From NCBI GenBank assembly GCA_963803435.1, contig CAWDML010000005.1:448001-512000 (forward strand): DNA of 64,000 bases, read 5' to 3'. A model generated the notes under the pieces. That model did not search any database. It worked only from the letters and a program-made list of their open reading frames with translations, and was not told the DNA's origin. Shown here piece by piece: positions 1 through 9,815 of the stretch. How positions within the stretch are numbered: the stretch's first letter is position 1; each line of letters opens with the position of its first letter. Made by a program: the position numbers and the translations under genes. The DNA comes from an uncultured delta proteobacterium. Lineage in GTDB: Bacteria > Myxococcota > Kuafuiibacteriia > Kuafuiibacteriales > Kuafuiibacteriaceae.

Positions 1-177
1 TTCGACGATACTCTTCCTGCGGGCGTAGACCGCCTTGCCGTCGCGCGTTTGCAACTTGTCTCGCATTCGCTTGCGAGCGAGCGAGGCAGGTGTGGGCTCC
101 GAAGCTGATGAGGACGGAGTCGACGCGTCTTGGTTCTGTTCGCGTCCAACAGCGATGTGGGCATCGATCTGATTGTT
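1..177 (-). mobile_element. IS1182-family transposase fragment (runs off the window edge); inverted copy of 8682-8848
   Basis: The reverse complement of 1-167 is nearly identical to 8682-8848. It translates as NNQIDAHIAVGREQ...RMRDKLQTRDGKAVYARRKSIVE. Confidence 0.8.
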
Positions 178-264
178 CGATCCGCCCAACGATCGATTCC
201 AGACGAAACGACCTCCAAGAACTTCTGCTGGTCAAAGTGGACGAGCTACCGCAAGCTAACTTGC

Positions 265-632
265 ATGGTCACTTTCGATCACGAGAAGCTCGAGGTCTAC
301 AGCTCGCCGTCGAGTATGCCGACATCGCTGAAGAGATCGCACAAGAACTGCAACCCGGTCACGCTCACGTCCGCGATCAGCTTCGGCGGGCATCCGATTC
401 CATCGTGAACAACACCGCCGAGGGCGCCGGAGAGTTCAATCCACCTGAGAAGGCTCGCTTCTAGCGGATGGCACTTCGCTCTGACACCGAAAGCGCCGCC
501 TCACTCCACACCTGCTCGAGGCGCCGACTCGCCAACGAGCAGAAGGTCCAAGCCGCCAGAGCCAAGCTCAAGCGCGTTGTCGAGATGCTCACGCGCCTCA
601 TCAAGTCGATGAACGCACGCCGGGCTGCATGA
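265..632 (+). pseudogene. four-helix-bundle protein (23S rRNA intervening-sequence-like family), disrupted
   Basis: MVTFDHEKLEVY, then a frameshift near 300 into QLAVEY...DQLRRASDSIVNNTAEGAG...EKARF, an in-frame TAG at 462-464, then RMALRS...VEMLTRLIKS to TGA 632. The DQLRRAS..I..N.AEG motif is typical of the family. Confidence 0.8.
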
Positions 633-637
633 TCGCC

Positions 638-703
638 ATCGGGACCGGGACCGGGACCGGGACCCGGACCGGGCTCGCGGTAGCGCTTCGCGCTACACGC
701 TCC
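638..703 (+). repeat. GGGACC/CGGACC hexamer array plus hairpin GTAGCGC-TTC-GCGCTAC ending in ACACGCTCC (copy 1)
   Basis: About five tandem hexamers and a 7-bp stem at 680-696. A related copy lies at 9022-9088. Confidence 0.8.
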
Positions 704-719
704 TAGTCCAGGAGACGTC

Positions 720-1703
720 TCAACCCGCCCTGCCGAACGCGCGTCGATACGCGTTCGGGCTGGTCCCCACGGCGCGGCCGAAGCGCTCTCGCAGGACCGC
801 GGCCGAGCCGAACCCAGCTTGCGACGCCACCTCCTCCACCGCCAACGCAGTGGTCTCCAGGAGGCGCTGCGCGCGCCGCACGCGGGCGGTCGTCACCCAC
901 TGCGCCGGCGTCGTGCCGGTCTGCTCCCGGAATCGACGGGCCAGCGTTCGAACGCTCATGGATGCGCGGCGAGCGATCGCCGGGATGGTCAGCTCGCGAT
1001 CGAGGTTCCGCTCGATCCAGCCGAGCAGCGGTTGAATCGAGCCGTCGCTGGTGGGTGGCGCGTGCACGATGAACTGCGCCTGTCCGCCCGCGCGTTCGAG
1101 GGGCATCACCGCGGCGCGCGCGGCGTTCGCGGCGACGCGCGCCCCGAAGTCGCGCCGCACCAGGTGCAGACAGAGGTCGAGGCCGGCGGAGGCTCCGGCC
1201 GAGGTGAGCACGGGCCCGTTGTCGACGTACAGCACGTTCGAGTCCACCTCGACGCGCGGGTAGCGCCGGGCGAGCTCGGCCGCCGCCATCCAGTGGGTGG
1301 TGGCGCGGTGGCCGTCGAGGAGACCGGCGGCGGCGAGAACGAAGGCGCCGGTGCAGATCGACGCGACGCACGCCCCGCGCCCGGCGGCGCGTCGGATCGC
1401 GCGAATGACCGGGCCAGGGATCGGCCGGTCGGCGGCGTCCACGCCCGGGACGATCACCGTATCCGCGCCGCTCAGGGACGCGAGCCGCCACGGCACCACC
1501 AGCCGCGCGTGCTCCGTCTCCACCTCGGGCGCTTCGCTGCAGATCTTGACCTGGTAATACGGGCGACCGGCGTCGTCCCGCGCCCGCCCGAAGAGCTCCA
1601 CCGGCCCGGCGAGATCACCGAGCACCACGCCGTCGAAGGCCAGCACGACGACGCGCTTCGCGGCGAATGGCCGAGATCCTTCGCTTGTTGTCTTTCCTGC
1701 CAC
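720..1703 (-). CDS. GlxA/FtrA-type AraC regulator with DJ-1/PfpI-like N-terminal domain
   Basis: VASICTGAFVLAAAGLLDG, ATTHW and TSAGASAGLDLCLHLVR motifs; C-terminal double HTH (SVRTLARRF...GFGS). Confidence 0.95.
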   Translation of the reverse strand: MAGKTTSEGSRPFAAKRVVVLAFDGVVLGDLAGPVELFGRARDDAGRPYYQVKICSEAPEVETEHARLVVPWRLASLSGADTVIVPGVDAADRPIPGPVIRAIRRAAGRGACVASICTGAFVLAAAGLLDGHRATTHWMAAAELARRYPRVEVDSNVLYVDNGPVLTSAGASAGLDLCLHLVRRDFGARVAANAARAAVMPLERAGGQAQFIVHAPPTSDGSIQPLLGWIERNLDRELTIPAIARRASMSVRTLARRFREQTGTTPAQWVTTARVRRAQRLLETTALAVEEVASQAGFGSAAVLRERFGRAVGTSPNAYRRAFGRAG

Positions 1704-1741
1704 TGGCCGATTCTATGCGGCCGCCGATATCCTGCCAACGC

Positions 1742-2149
1742 ATGAGCACACTCGGTCCGGCGCTGGGCGCCCTCGTCTTCATCCTCGTCATGTCCCTGGT
1801 GAAGGAGCCCAGCCGCCGGACCTTCAACGCGATCCTGGTCTCCGGCGCCAGCGGCGTTTACCTCAGCGGCGGCGGCTTCGGCGTCTGGGAGCTCCCGTAC
1901 GCGGCCGCGGCAGCGTTGGTGGCCTTCCTCGGGCTCCGCTCGTATCGGTTCATCGGCCTCGCCTGGTTCATGCACACCGGCTGGGACCTGGCCCACCACT
2001 GCTTCGGCAACGCCATCTGGCCTTTCATGGAGGGCTCCTCGCTCGGGTGTGCCATCTTCGACGCGGTGATCGGCGTCTGGTTCCTCACGGATGCGCCCGA
2101 TCCCGCACGAGTCTGGCGATCGCGCGCCCTCGTTTCCTCTCGGCGGTGA
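1742..2149 (+). CDS. small membrane protein (DUF6010-like), divergent from the AraC gene
   Basis: Several hydrophobic helices and an IGLAWFMHTGWDLAHH motif. Confidence 0.7.
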   Translation: MSTLGPALGALVFILVMSLVKEPSRRTFNAILVSGASGVYLSGGGFGVWELPYAAAAALVAFLGLRSYRFIGLAWFMHTGWDLAHHCFGNAIWPFMEGSSLGCAIFDAVIGVWFLTDAPDPARVWRSRALVSSRR

Positions 2150-2150
2150 G

Positions 2151-2642
2151 TCAGCGCTCCGCCTGAAACACCACCAGCAAGAGCTTCTGCTCGAGCTGCT
2201 CGAGGAGCGCGAGCTGTTCGTGTCCCTGCTTGGCGTCCTTCGCGATGACCCCGACGGAGAGCGTCCACTTCCTCTTCCCCGAGGTCACCTTCAGCGAGAC
2301 CTCGCGGACGTCGCCCTCGTAGCCTCTGGGGATCGCATCGACGCTCTTCATCATGGCGAGCTTCGCGAGCAACGCTCGGACGGAGTCGCGGGTGGCTGCG
2401 TCGAGCTTCACCGGCTGGTCGTACTTCGGGCCGGTCTCCTCCGGCACGGGCATCCTGTGTCCCGAGGAGGCGGACCGGTAGGTGAGCGTGTCGCCCTTCA
2501 CCACGAGCGTCGTCTCGGTCGAGCTGGCGTCGCGGGAGCGCTCGGCGTCCTCCCACACGAGCGTGAAGTCGAGCGGTTCTTCTGCGGGGGTCGGGGGCGC
2601 GGCCAACAACGCGACACAGAGTGAAGCCAACAGCTCGAGCAT
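2151..2642 (-). CDS. hypothetical exported protein
   Basis: Signal-peptide-like N-terminus (LLASLCVALLAAP) and protein-like composition. Confidence 0.65.
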   Translation of the reverse strand: MLELLASLCVALLAAPPTPAEEPLDFTLVWEDAERSRDASSTETTLVVKGDTLTYRSASSGHRMPVPEETGPKYDQPVKLDAATRDSVRALLAKLAMMKSVDAIPRGYEGDVREVSLKVTSGKRKWTLSVGVIAKDAKQGHEQLALLEQLEQKLLLVVFQAER

Positions 2643-2764
2643 GGCGGCACGCTACGACGGAAGCGGGCCCGAGGCGATGCCGGGAGCTCAGGGCCTCGCC
2701 GCGACGCGCCATGATGGCTCTCACGAGCACCCCGATCGCCGCCCATTCGGGGTAGAGCAGGTCC

Positions 2765-3139
2765 GTGATCTCGAGCGTCGCACTCGTCGTCCTTCTCTCC
2801 GTTCAGACCACGATCGCGCAGGTCGAAGAGGAGCGGCCCTCGTCGGGCCTGGGCCTGACGATCGCAGGATCGGTGCTGACCGGCCTGGGTGCCCTGAACC
2901 TGGCGTCGAGCCCGATCTGTCGGGCCGGCTTCTATCGCAGGCAGGTCGGCGGTACCGGCTCGGACGTCTGCTTCTGGGGCTCGATCGGGCTGGGCGGCGT
3001 GCTGCTCGCCGTCGGCGTGCCCCTCTTGAGCGTCGGGCTGCTCCGGCGGTCGCGGTACCGGGCGTGGCTCGAGTCGCAGCAGCTCACCGTGTCGTTCGAG
3101 CCGGATCGTACGGAGATCGCTTGGCGGATCGCGTTCTGA
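2765..3139 (+). CDS. hypothetical membrane protein
   Basis: Signal-like N-terminus and two Gly-rich hydrophobic segments. Confidence 0.6.
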   Translation: MISSVALVVLLSVQTTIAQVEEERPSSGLGLTIAGSVLTGLGALNLASSPICRAGFYRRQVGGTGSDVCFWGSIGLGGVLLAVGVPLLSVGLLRRSRYRAWLESQQLTVSFEPDRTEIAWRIAF

Positions 3140-3142
3140 TCG

Positions 3143-3529
3143 ATGCATCTGCCACCCGCCGTACAAGGACTCGAGACGAATGAGGCCGCGCGATCCGAAG
3201 TGATGATAGAGGCTGCCGACACTGACCTGCGATCGCGCCGAGATCTGGTTGATGTCGAGACCGGCCAGGCCTCTGGAGCGAGCGCGTCATGCGAGAACCT
3301 GTGCGTGGAGTCCTTCCTTCAGGGCTGCAGCGAAGGTGTCGAAGCGTTCGGCGCCGACACCCCTCGCGCGTGCCCTACGGCCTGCGACTCCGTCGAGGCG
3401 CTGGTGAGAGACAAGGGCTGCAACGAGACGTATCGCAACTATCTGAGCTGCTGGGGCGAGCAAGAGGATCTATGTGCTGAGGTATGCACCGCGGAGAGCG
3501 GGCTCGTCGGGCGATGCCTGGGGTTGTGA
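3143..3529 (+). CDS. Cys-rich hypothetical protein or fragment
   Basis: CxxxC pairs (CENLC, CPTAC, CAEVC); start uncertain. Confidence 0.4.
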   Translation: MHLPPAVQGLETNEAARSEVMIEAADTDLRSRRDLVDVETGQASGASASCENLCVESFLQGCSEGVEAFGADTPRACPTACDSVEALVRDKGCNETYRNYLSCWGEQEDLCAEVCTAESGLVGRCLGL

Positions 3530-4029
3530 ACATCGAGCTTGCGCCCCGATCACGCGCCGCCCCATCGAGCGGAGCCAGTAGTTCCTCTTCACGAGTCCTG
3601 AAGGTCGTGATCGCCACGCGCATCGCTCCTCGATCGAGGTGACGATCTCCCCGACGACGACCCACCTCGACGATCATCGACGGGCCACCAGCCTCGAGCT
3701 CCGGAAATCGGCTCCGATGACAAGCAGTGTACCGTGCGTGCACGAGAGAGAGAGGGTTCTACGTGGGGCCGCCGGCCGCGCAACCAGAAAAGTGCAAGCT
3801 AGGTTGCAACGTGGTCTGGCGCCTTCTCCTCCTCGGCCCTCTCCTCCTCGCGACGCAGACCCGGGCGTGCACGTCGAACCGTTCTGGGCGGCGTCTGCCG
3901 ACCGCGGTTGAGCGGGGGCGCGTCGTGCCTGCTCCATGCATCAGCGTGACGGACTCAACCGACATCCTGTCGACACGAGCTCGCGATCCACCTCCGCTGG
4001 ACGCTGGCACGGGAGCTGCTGTTGGTTCA

Positions 4030-4407
4030 CCCGTGTCCAGGCGTGTGTGCGACATTCTGGCGACGCTCGTCGCGGCCGATTCAAATCCTCCCGGCTTCGA
4101 GGGTCGCATCTGCGTGGGGGCTGTCGAAGAGAACGTCCCACACTGGTGGCTCGTCACGTTCGCAGCGGGGCGGGCCGAAAGCCGACAACGGGTCGGTGCG
4201 CCCTTTGACCCCGACCAGGCCGACGTCCTCCTGGTCCTCGGACCGGGGTCGGCGCAGCACCTGCCCGAAGGGACGCGGCCGGATGCCCGCGATCTCTGGG
4301 TGTCCGGCGATCGGCGGCTCCTCATCCGCTTCACCGATCGATACCTCAAGCGGCGAAGCTGGCTCGATCTCCGGCGTGAGGAGACCCCGAGCAGGAGGAA
4401 GGGATGA
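4030..4407 (+). CDS. hypothetical protein, possibly SCP2-like
   Basis: Plausible 3' part of ORF 3727-4407 (ADVLLVL...LWVSGDRRLLIRF); its stop overlaps the next ATG. Start uncertain. Confidence 0.35.
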   Translation, partial: PVSRRVCDILATLVAADSNPPGFEGRICVGAVEENVPHWWLVTFAAGRAESRQRVGAPFDPDQADVLLVLGPGSAQHLPEGTRPDARDLWVSGDRRLLIRFTDRYLKRRSWLDLRREETPSRRKG

Positions 4408-5301
4408 GAAGGGCGTCCATCCAGGATGAGCCGGCGATCGCATCGGCCTTCGCGAATCGCCTCCGAACCCGCTCCATTCCGGACGACCTGACAGAGTGCG
4501 CGAAGCTCGGGCACGAGATCAAGGTCGAGGTCGCGGCGGAGCTCGGCCTCCACCCGGACACGTTCGAGATCCCGGTCGAGGTGCGGACAGTCCTCGCTTC
4601 GCCGACAGGCGGCGATTTGCACCTCAACGATTTCATGCGCTTCGAGGAGCTGTTTCGGAGAGCCGCGCAGACCGCGCCGGAGCTCCCGGATTGCTGGCGC
4701 GAACCCAACCCCGACCCGCTCGTCGATCTCCTGGAATCCGACCTGAAGCCCGCCCCAGCGACCTACAACGACCTTCGGGAGCAGTATGGGCTCCCGCGCA
4801 TCAAGACCTTCGACGAGATCGGTGCCACACCCGAGCAGACGAGGAAGCTCGAGGAGGTCTACGGCGACCCCTCGAGGATTCCGGCGCGCGACTACTTCAT
4901 CATCGCGGCCATCAGCCCTCCCGCCGACCCGCCTTCCTCGCTCCTCGAGCTCTTCAAACTCGTCGGTCTGACGGATCCAGAGTGTACGGGGCCGGGCGGC
5001 AGCGCCGAGTACGCACCGAACTACATCACGGTCGCCAACGATACCGGCGGGGTCACCGAGGAGATCTGCCTCGACGACTGGAGACAAGCGCTCACCAACA
5101 TCGGTCTCAACAGCTTCGGCCTGCGCCGCCAGTTTCCCCTCTCCTCACAGCCCGATCCGACGACGATCGCCGTCACCGTCGACGGAGCGGTCGCGTCGAC
5201 CTCCGAGCTACGACCCGAACACCAACAGCGTCGTGTTCATCGGTACACCGGCCGAGGGGTCCACGATCCAGGTCGCGTACGGCGTCCAGTGCCTGCCCTG
5301 A
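4404..5301 (+). pseudogene. chimeric remnant: heme-peroxidase-like segment joined to the C-terminus of a vWA-type secreted protein
   Basis: TYNDLREQYGLPRIKTFDEI...LEEVYGD resembles the animal-type peroxidase motif. TGGVTEEICLDDW...FPLSSQPDPTTIAVTVDG and, after a frameshift, SYDPNTNSVVF...IQVAYGVQCLP* resemble myxobacterial vWA-protein C-termini. Confidence 0.5.
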
Positions 5302-5377
5302 CCACGAGGGCGCTCACCGCGAGTGAAGCGGGCCACACGACGCCCACCTATCGTGCTGCTCGAACCGTTAGCTCGGC

Positions 5378-5810
5378 TCACGCCCTGGCACCCGCACCCC
5401 GCGCGTGCGCACGGTAGAGTTGCTCGTAGAGACCACGAGCCTCGATGAGGGCGTCGGGCGTTCCGCGGGAGACGACCCGGCCTGCGTCGAGGACCAGGAT
5501 GTCGTCCGCGCTCACGATCGTCGAGAGGCGATGCGCGATCACGATCGTCGTGCGCCCTCGCATGAGCTCGGCGACGGCGTCGCGCACGGCACCCTCCGAC
5601 GCAGCGTCGAGGTGCGCGGTCGCTTCGTCGAGCACGAGGACGCGCGGATCGGCGAGTAGGCGCGCGCGATCGCGAGCCTTTGCCGCTCACCGCCCGAGAA
5701 GCGGTGGCCACGTTCGCCGACCAGCGTCTCGAGCCCGAGCGGGACGACGTGCCGCCGCACCGACGCCACGCTCAACTCGCGAAGGTCCACGCCGTCGAGG
5801 GTCGAGCTGG
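5378..5810 (-). pseudogene. ABC exporter ATP-binding domain, C-terminal fragment
   Basis: Signature FSGGERQRLAIARA, Walker B LDEATAHLD and H-loop IAHRLSTI, split by frameshifts. No Walker A or membrane domain. Confidence 0.85.
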
Positions 5811-6427
5811 CCTCCAGTCCGGAAGGCAAGCCGGTCGCGATCTCCACCGCGCGAGACGACGAACCAGAGACTGCGCCAGACGCCGACGGGAAGTACTACC
5901 TCGAAGGGATGGCCAACAACGTGCGCCTCGCCAGCGACGGCGTGGAGGTGGACTGCGCGAAGTGCAGGGGTCCGCTGAAGGTCACGCCAAGTTTCATTGC
6001 GTGCACGCGCAACGAACCCACCATGCTGTCCGCCGTCTTTCCCTCGCTCTATTCGATCACGTTGGTTCGGCTCAAGAACGAAGCTCACAACCCCCGTGGT
6101 GCTTGGCCACGGCTTCTTATCTCGCTCAAATCGGTCTGGAAGTACTCCTTCCTTGGAGAGACGCTACGCGACCATCTGCGAGGAGTTCCGACCCTCCGAC
6201 CAGCGATCGGGGAGCAGGATCGATGAGCTCCTCCAGCACTCGTGGCGAGCGGCCCTCGAGGAGTTGCTCCGACAGAAGGCCCAGGAGCCCGCCAGAAGGC
6301 GGCAGCACCCTCCCTTCCAGAGCGTAGCGCCACCGGACGAATCCGGACCATTTGTCCGAATTCCGGACGACGGTACCAAAAGAGGCGCGCGTCGAAGCGG
6401 TACTCGAATTGCCAACGCTCGGGCCCG

Positions 6428-8107
6428 ATGTCACCCATCGGTCCCATCGTGCGCCATGTCCTGAGCGAAGCGCTGGAGGCAGCCCGCACGCCCGTGCCTG
6501 AACCGGGCGCCGGCGCGTCGACGGAAGACGGAGCGGGCGTGGTGCGCTTTTCCCGCGAGCTCCGAGCGAGCCGTACGTCCAGCTCGGAGACCGCGGCACG
6601 GCTCGTCGCGGGCGGGATCGCGCCGGAGGACGCGCGGCGGATCGCGGACGAAGGCTTGACCGCGGAGGGCGCGACCGATCTCCTCTCGTTGAGGCTCCTC
6701 CACCCCGAGCCGAACCAGTATGGACCTGCGGTCGTCGCGCTCTCTCTCCTGATGGAGGCGCGCGCGAGCGGAAGCCTGTCTCCGGCCGAGATCCAGGCTC
6801 GGCTCGACCGCCTCGACGGCGCGGTGCTGGTGCGCTCGGACGGCTACCTGGTGCCCGCGACCGGCGGTGCAGCGATCGAGAGGCGTGCGGACCTGGACCC
6901 AGGACGCATCTACCGGCGGTCGGGTGGCGTGCTCCGCGCGCTCGACGGCGACGGGACTCCGGTCGCCGAGCTCGGCCTCGAGCACACCGCCTGCGGCGAC
7001 GTCCTCGACGGCGTGGAGATCGCCGCCCGGAGCGTGATCCTCGGGGTGGGAGGGACGATCGAGGGTCTCATCGACCGGCCCGAATTGACAGTCGAGGCGA
7101 TGGTCCACGACTTCGGTCGGCTCCCACAGACGATCGGGCGCGCCATCCGCACCTCACCGGAGCGTCTCGAAGCCTTCCAGCAGGCCTCCGCGGACGACCA
7201 GCGCCGGATGGCGGGCGAGGCGCTGGCCCACGCGTACCTGATGATGAGCGCCGCTGCGGCCGTGCCCAGGGCGCGAGGTGCGCTCGGGATGACGTCGGGC
7301 CTCGGCGGACTCGCCGCCGGCGGGGGCGTCCTGGCCCTCCGCGGCGCGGCCTCGCTCCGGATCGAGGCCGCGGTGGTGGCCCATGCTGCGGTCGAGATCG
7401 CCGTCGGCGGCGCCGCCCTCGCCGATGCGCTCGATCTCTTCGACAGCCCCACCCCCGGCAACGGCCGCACCACCCTCCGTGACCCAAAGGGCCGCACCCG
7501 CGTCCGCGATCGGATCCGCCGAACCCTCGGGGATCCGAAGGATTCGAACCTCTCGCTCCACGACCTCGAGCACATGGTGGCCGACGCGAAGGAGATCGAC
7601 GAAGCTACCCTCCGCGAGGTCAAGGCGATGGTGCTGGACCGACTCGAACGGGAGATTGCCGGCCTTCAGGATCTCCCCGAGGGGCTCCGCAAGGTGAAGG
7701 TGGACGCGCTCGCCGGCTTTGCCAGGCGAACCGCCATCGACCTCCGCGACGCGGTGCGAAGACTCGAGCCGGCTCCGGCGCGGAGCTCCTTGAGCGCGGA
7801 GGCCCAGCGGGCGCTCCAAAGGCTCGACCAGGGCGAGGCGGAGATCCGCGTCTCCTCCCGCGCCATCGCCGAGGAGATGCTGAGCCAGTTCCCCGACTAC
7901 GTCGAGACGGAGAGCCTCCGGTTCAAGGAGATCAAGCGTCTCTTCGACGGAAAAGAACGCACATTCCACTGGGACGACGTCTTCGGCGACGATGGCCGCC
8001 TTCTCAACCACGACGCCCCCAACCCGCACGCAGAGGTTCCGCACCTCCAGCTTCACCCCAAGAAGAGGAATGTCCTTCGGATCTTCTTCCCAACGGAGGC
8101 CCCATGA
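6428..8107 (+). CDS. putative polymorphic toxin with His-rich C-terminal domain
   Basis: The central region (VRSDGYLV...VAELGLEH...LDGVE...LPQTI...SPE) resembles myxobacterial toxin escort domains (recalled similarity). An Ala/Gly hydrophobic stretch precedes the C-terminus FHWDD...NH...NPHAEVPHLQLH...LRIFF. Confidence 0.65.
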   Translation: MSPIGPIVRHVLSEALEAARTPVPEPGAGASTEDGAGVVRFSRELRASRTSSSETAARLVAGGIAPEDARRIADEGLTAEGATDLLSLRLLHPEPNQYGPAVVALSLLMEARASGSLSPAEIQARLDRLDGAVLVRSDGYLVPATGGAAIERRADLDPGRIYRRSGGVLRALDGDGTPVAELGLEHTACGDVLDGVEIAARSVILGVGGTIEGLIDRPELTVEAMVHDFGRLPQTIGRAIRTSPERLEAFQQASADDQRRMAGEALAHAYLMMSAAAAVPRARGALGMTSGLGGLAAGGGVLALRGAASLRIEAAVVAHAAVEIAVGGAALADALDLFDSPTPGNGRTTLRDPKGRTRVRDRIRRTLGDPKDSNLSLHDLEHMVADAKEIDEATLREVKAMVLDRLEREIAGLQDLPEGLRKVKVDALAGFARRTAIDLRDAVRRLEPAPARSSLSAEAQRALQRLDQGEAEIRVSSRAIAEEMLSQFPDYVETESLRFKEIKRLFDGKERTFHWDDVFGDDGRLLNHDAPNPHAEVPHLQLHPKKRNVLRIFFPTEAP

Positions 8108-8424
8108 ACACCCTTTCCCTCGAGCTCCTCCAGAACCTCAACAAAGGACACTCGATCGTGGCCGAGCTCCCAGCGTCCGACCAGAGCCTGAGGAAGTGGA
8201 TCGAGATCTTTCCGTACGAGGAGCGCGGCGGCACCCGATACGGCGTCCGGATGTACGAGCTGAAGAAGGAGTGGATCGAGAAGGAGCAGGACGTCGACGG
8301 CTACGAGCTCAACAAGGTGCGCGAGGACGTGGACGATCTACCCGCTGCCCTGGCGGTCGCGGACGCGTGGCTGCCCGGCCCGGTCGAATGGCAGTGCTGG
8401 GCCGACAGCGACACCATCGTCTGA
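8104..8424 (+). CDS. putative immunity protein
   Basis: 106-aa acidic protein with an ATGA overlap on the toxin stop and an upstream GGAGG. Confidence 0.65.
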   Translation: MNTLSLELLQNLNKGHSIVAELPASDQSLRKWIEIFPYEERGGTRYGVRMYELKKEWIEKEQDVDGYELNKVREDVDDLPAALAVADAWLPGPVEWQCWADSDTIV

Positions 8425-8619
8425 TGCCACCCGGACGCGTGCTCGATGCGGAGTCTCCGGTGGGGCGGATCGACCGGACCCTGGCCGGCATGATCGGCGC
8501 GCAGACCTTGGACGCGACGGTGGAGTCGAACCAGACGCGATCGCGCCCGATCGCGGGGAAGCGGACTTGGAGCCGGTCCGAAAACCTCCGGACCGTTCCG
8601 CGTTTCCTGTTTCGCTCGT

Positions 8620-9001
8620 TCTGCAGACAACGGCTATCTGAGCGCGACCAACATCGAATTCTGCGACAATAATCAGTCAGGTCGATGCCCACATCGCTGT
8701 TGGACGCGAACAGAACCAAGACGCGTCGACTCCGTCCTCATCAGCTTCGGAGCCCACACCTGCCTCGCTCGCTCGCAAGCGAATGCGAGACAAGTTGCAA
8801 ACGCGCGACGGCCAGGCGGTCTACGCCCGCAGGAAGAGTATCGTCGAACCGGCGCTCGGACAGATCAAAGGGGCACGAGGATTCCGCCGGTTCTCGCTAC
8901 GCTCCTTCTTCAAGGTACGAGCCGAGGGGACGCTCGTCTGCCTCACCCACAACCTGCTCAAGCTCTACCAATCGAAGCTCGCGACCGTCGCGAGCGTCTG
9001 A
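8620..9001 (+). mobile_element. IS1182-family transposase, C-terminal remnant
   Basis: ADNGYLS motif, then a 4-bp duplication (TCAGTCAG near 8673-8680) shifts the frame, then YARRKSIVEPALGQIK...GFRRFSLR...HNLLKL. Confidence 0.85.
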
Positions 9002-9021
9002 CTCAAGGCAGCCATCTTCAG

Positions 9022-9088
9022 ATCGGGACCCGGACCGGGACCGGGACCCGGACCGGGGTCGCGTGAGCGCTTACGCGCTACACGCTCC
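9022..9088 (+). repeat. hexamer array plus hairpin ending in ACACGCTCC (copy 2); possible IS end
   Basis: Same architecture as 638-703, located just after the transposase stop. Confidence 0.75.
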
Positions 9089-9122
9089 CAGAGGCACGCG
9101 GGACGAATCGCGGGTTAGCACC

Positions 9123-9815
9123 GTGGCGCCAGAGGTTCGGCGCTGGCTTCGGGCGGCGGATCGGCTCTCGGCCGCGGTGCGAAGCGGCGAGATCGGTGTC
9201 GCGGAGTGGCAAGAGCGGATCGAGGCCCTGTTCGATGCCGTCGAGCTCCCACCGCTGCTTCGAGCGATCGACTTCGATGGTCTCACCGCCGATCTCGAGT
9301 ATCCGTTCGATCGGGCCGCCACCGTCGACCCATCGTTTGGAGCGGATCAGCCCCGCGCCTTCACGCCCCGCGTGTTCGCCTTGAGGCGCGGCACCGCGAT
9401 CGTGCCCCACGGGCATCATTACATGGTCTCGATGCACCTGGTGCTCGGCGGTGAGCTACACCTTCGGCACCATGATCGGCTCGCCGACGAGCCGGACGCG
9501 CTGATCTTGAAGCCGACCATCGACCGGCTCGCACGAGCCGGCGACCACAGCTCGATCTCCAGCCGGCGCGACAACGTCCACTGGCTTCAGGCGCGGAGCG
9601 CGCACGCCTTCACCGTCGACGTCATCGTGGCGAGGCGAGCCAAGCCGAAGACCAGCGGCGAGCTCCGAGACTACGTGGACCCGGATCGCGGTGTTCCGCT
9701 CGACGGCGACCGAATTCGCGTTCCGCGCATCTCTGCGGACGAGGCCATGCGGCGCTACGGCTCCGGCGAGCCGATCTCGTTTTCTCACCCACCCGCCACG
9801 CGACGCGGTAATTGA
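9123..9815 (+). CDS. cupin-fold protein (cysteine dioxygenase-like)
   Basis: IVPHGHHYMVSMHLVLGGE and DNVHW metal-binding motifs; 5' end uncertain, possibly truncated. Confidence 0.65.
   Translation: MAPEVRRWLRAADRLSAAVRSGEIGVAEWQERIEALFDAVELPPLLRAIDFDGLTADLEYPFDRAATVDPSFGADQPRAFTPRVFALRRGTAIVPHGHHYMVSMHLVLGGELHLRHHDRLADEPDALILKPTIDRLARAGDHSSISSRRDNVHWLQARSAHAFTVDVIVARRAKPKTSGELRDYVDPDRGVPLDGDRIRVPRISADEAMRRYGSGEPISFSHPPATRRGN

Noticed and set aside
265-632. Four-helix bundle as the Avd of a diversity-generating retroelement
   Set aside because: No reverse transcriptase or TR/VR pair is visible in the window.
638-703. Hexamer arrays (also 9022-9088) as CRISPR repeats
   Set aside because: The units are 6 bp with no spacers, and there are no cas genes.
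3759-5087. 442-aa minus-strand ORF
   Set aside because: No motifs; the recognisable fragments are on the plus strand.
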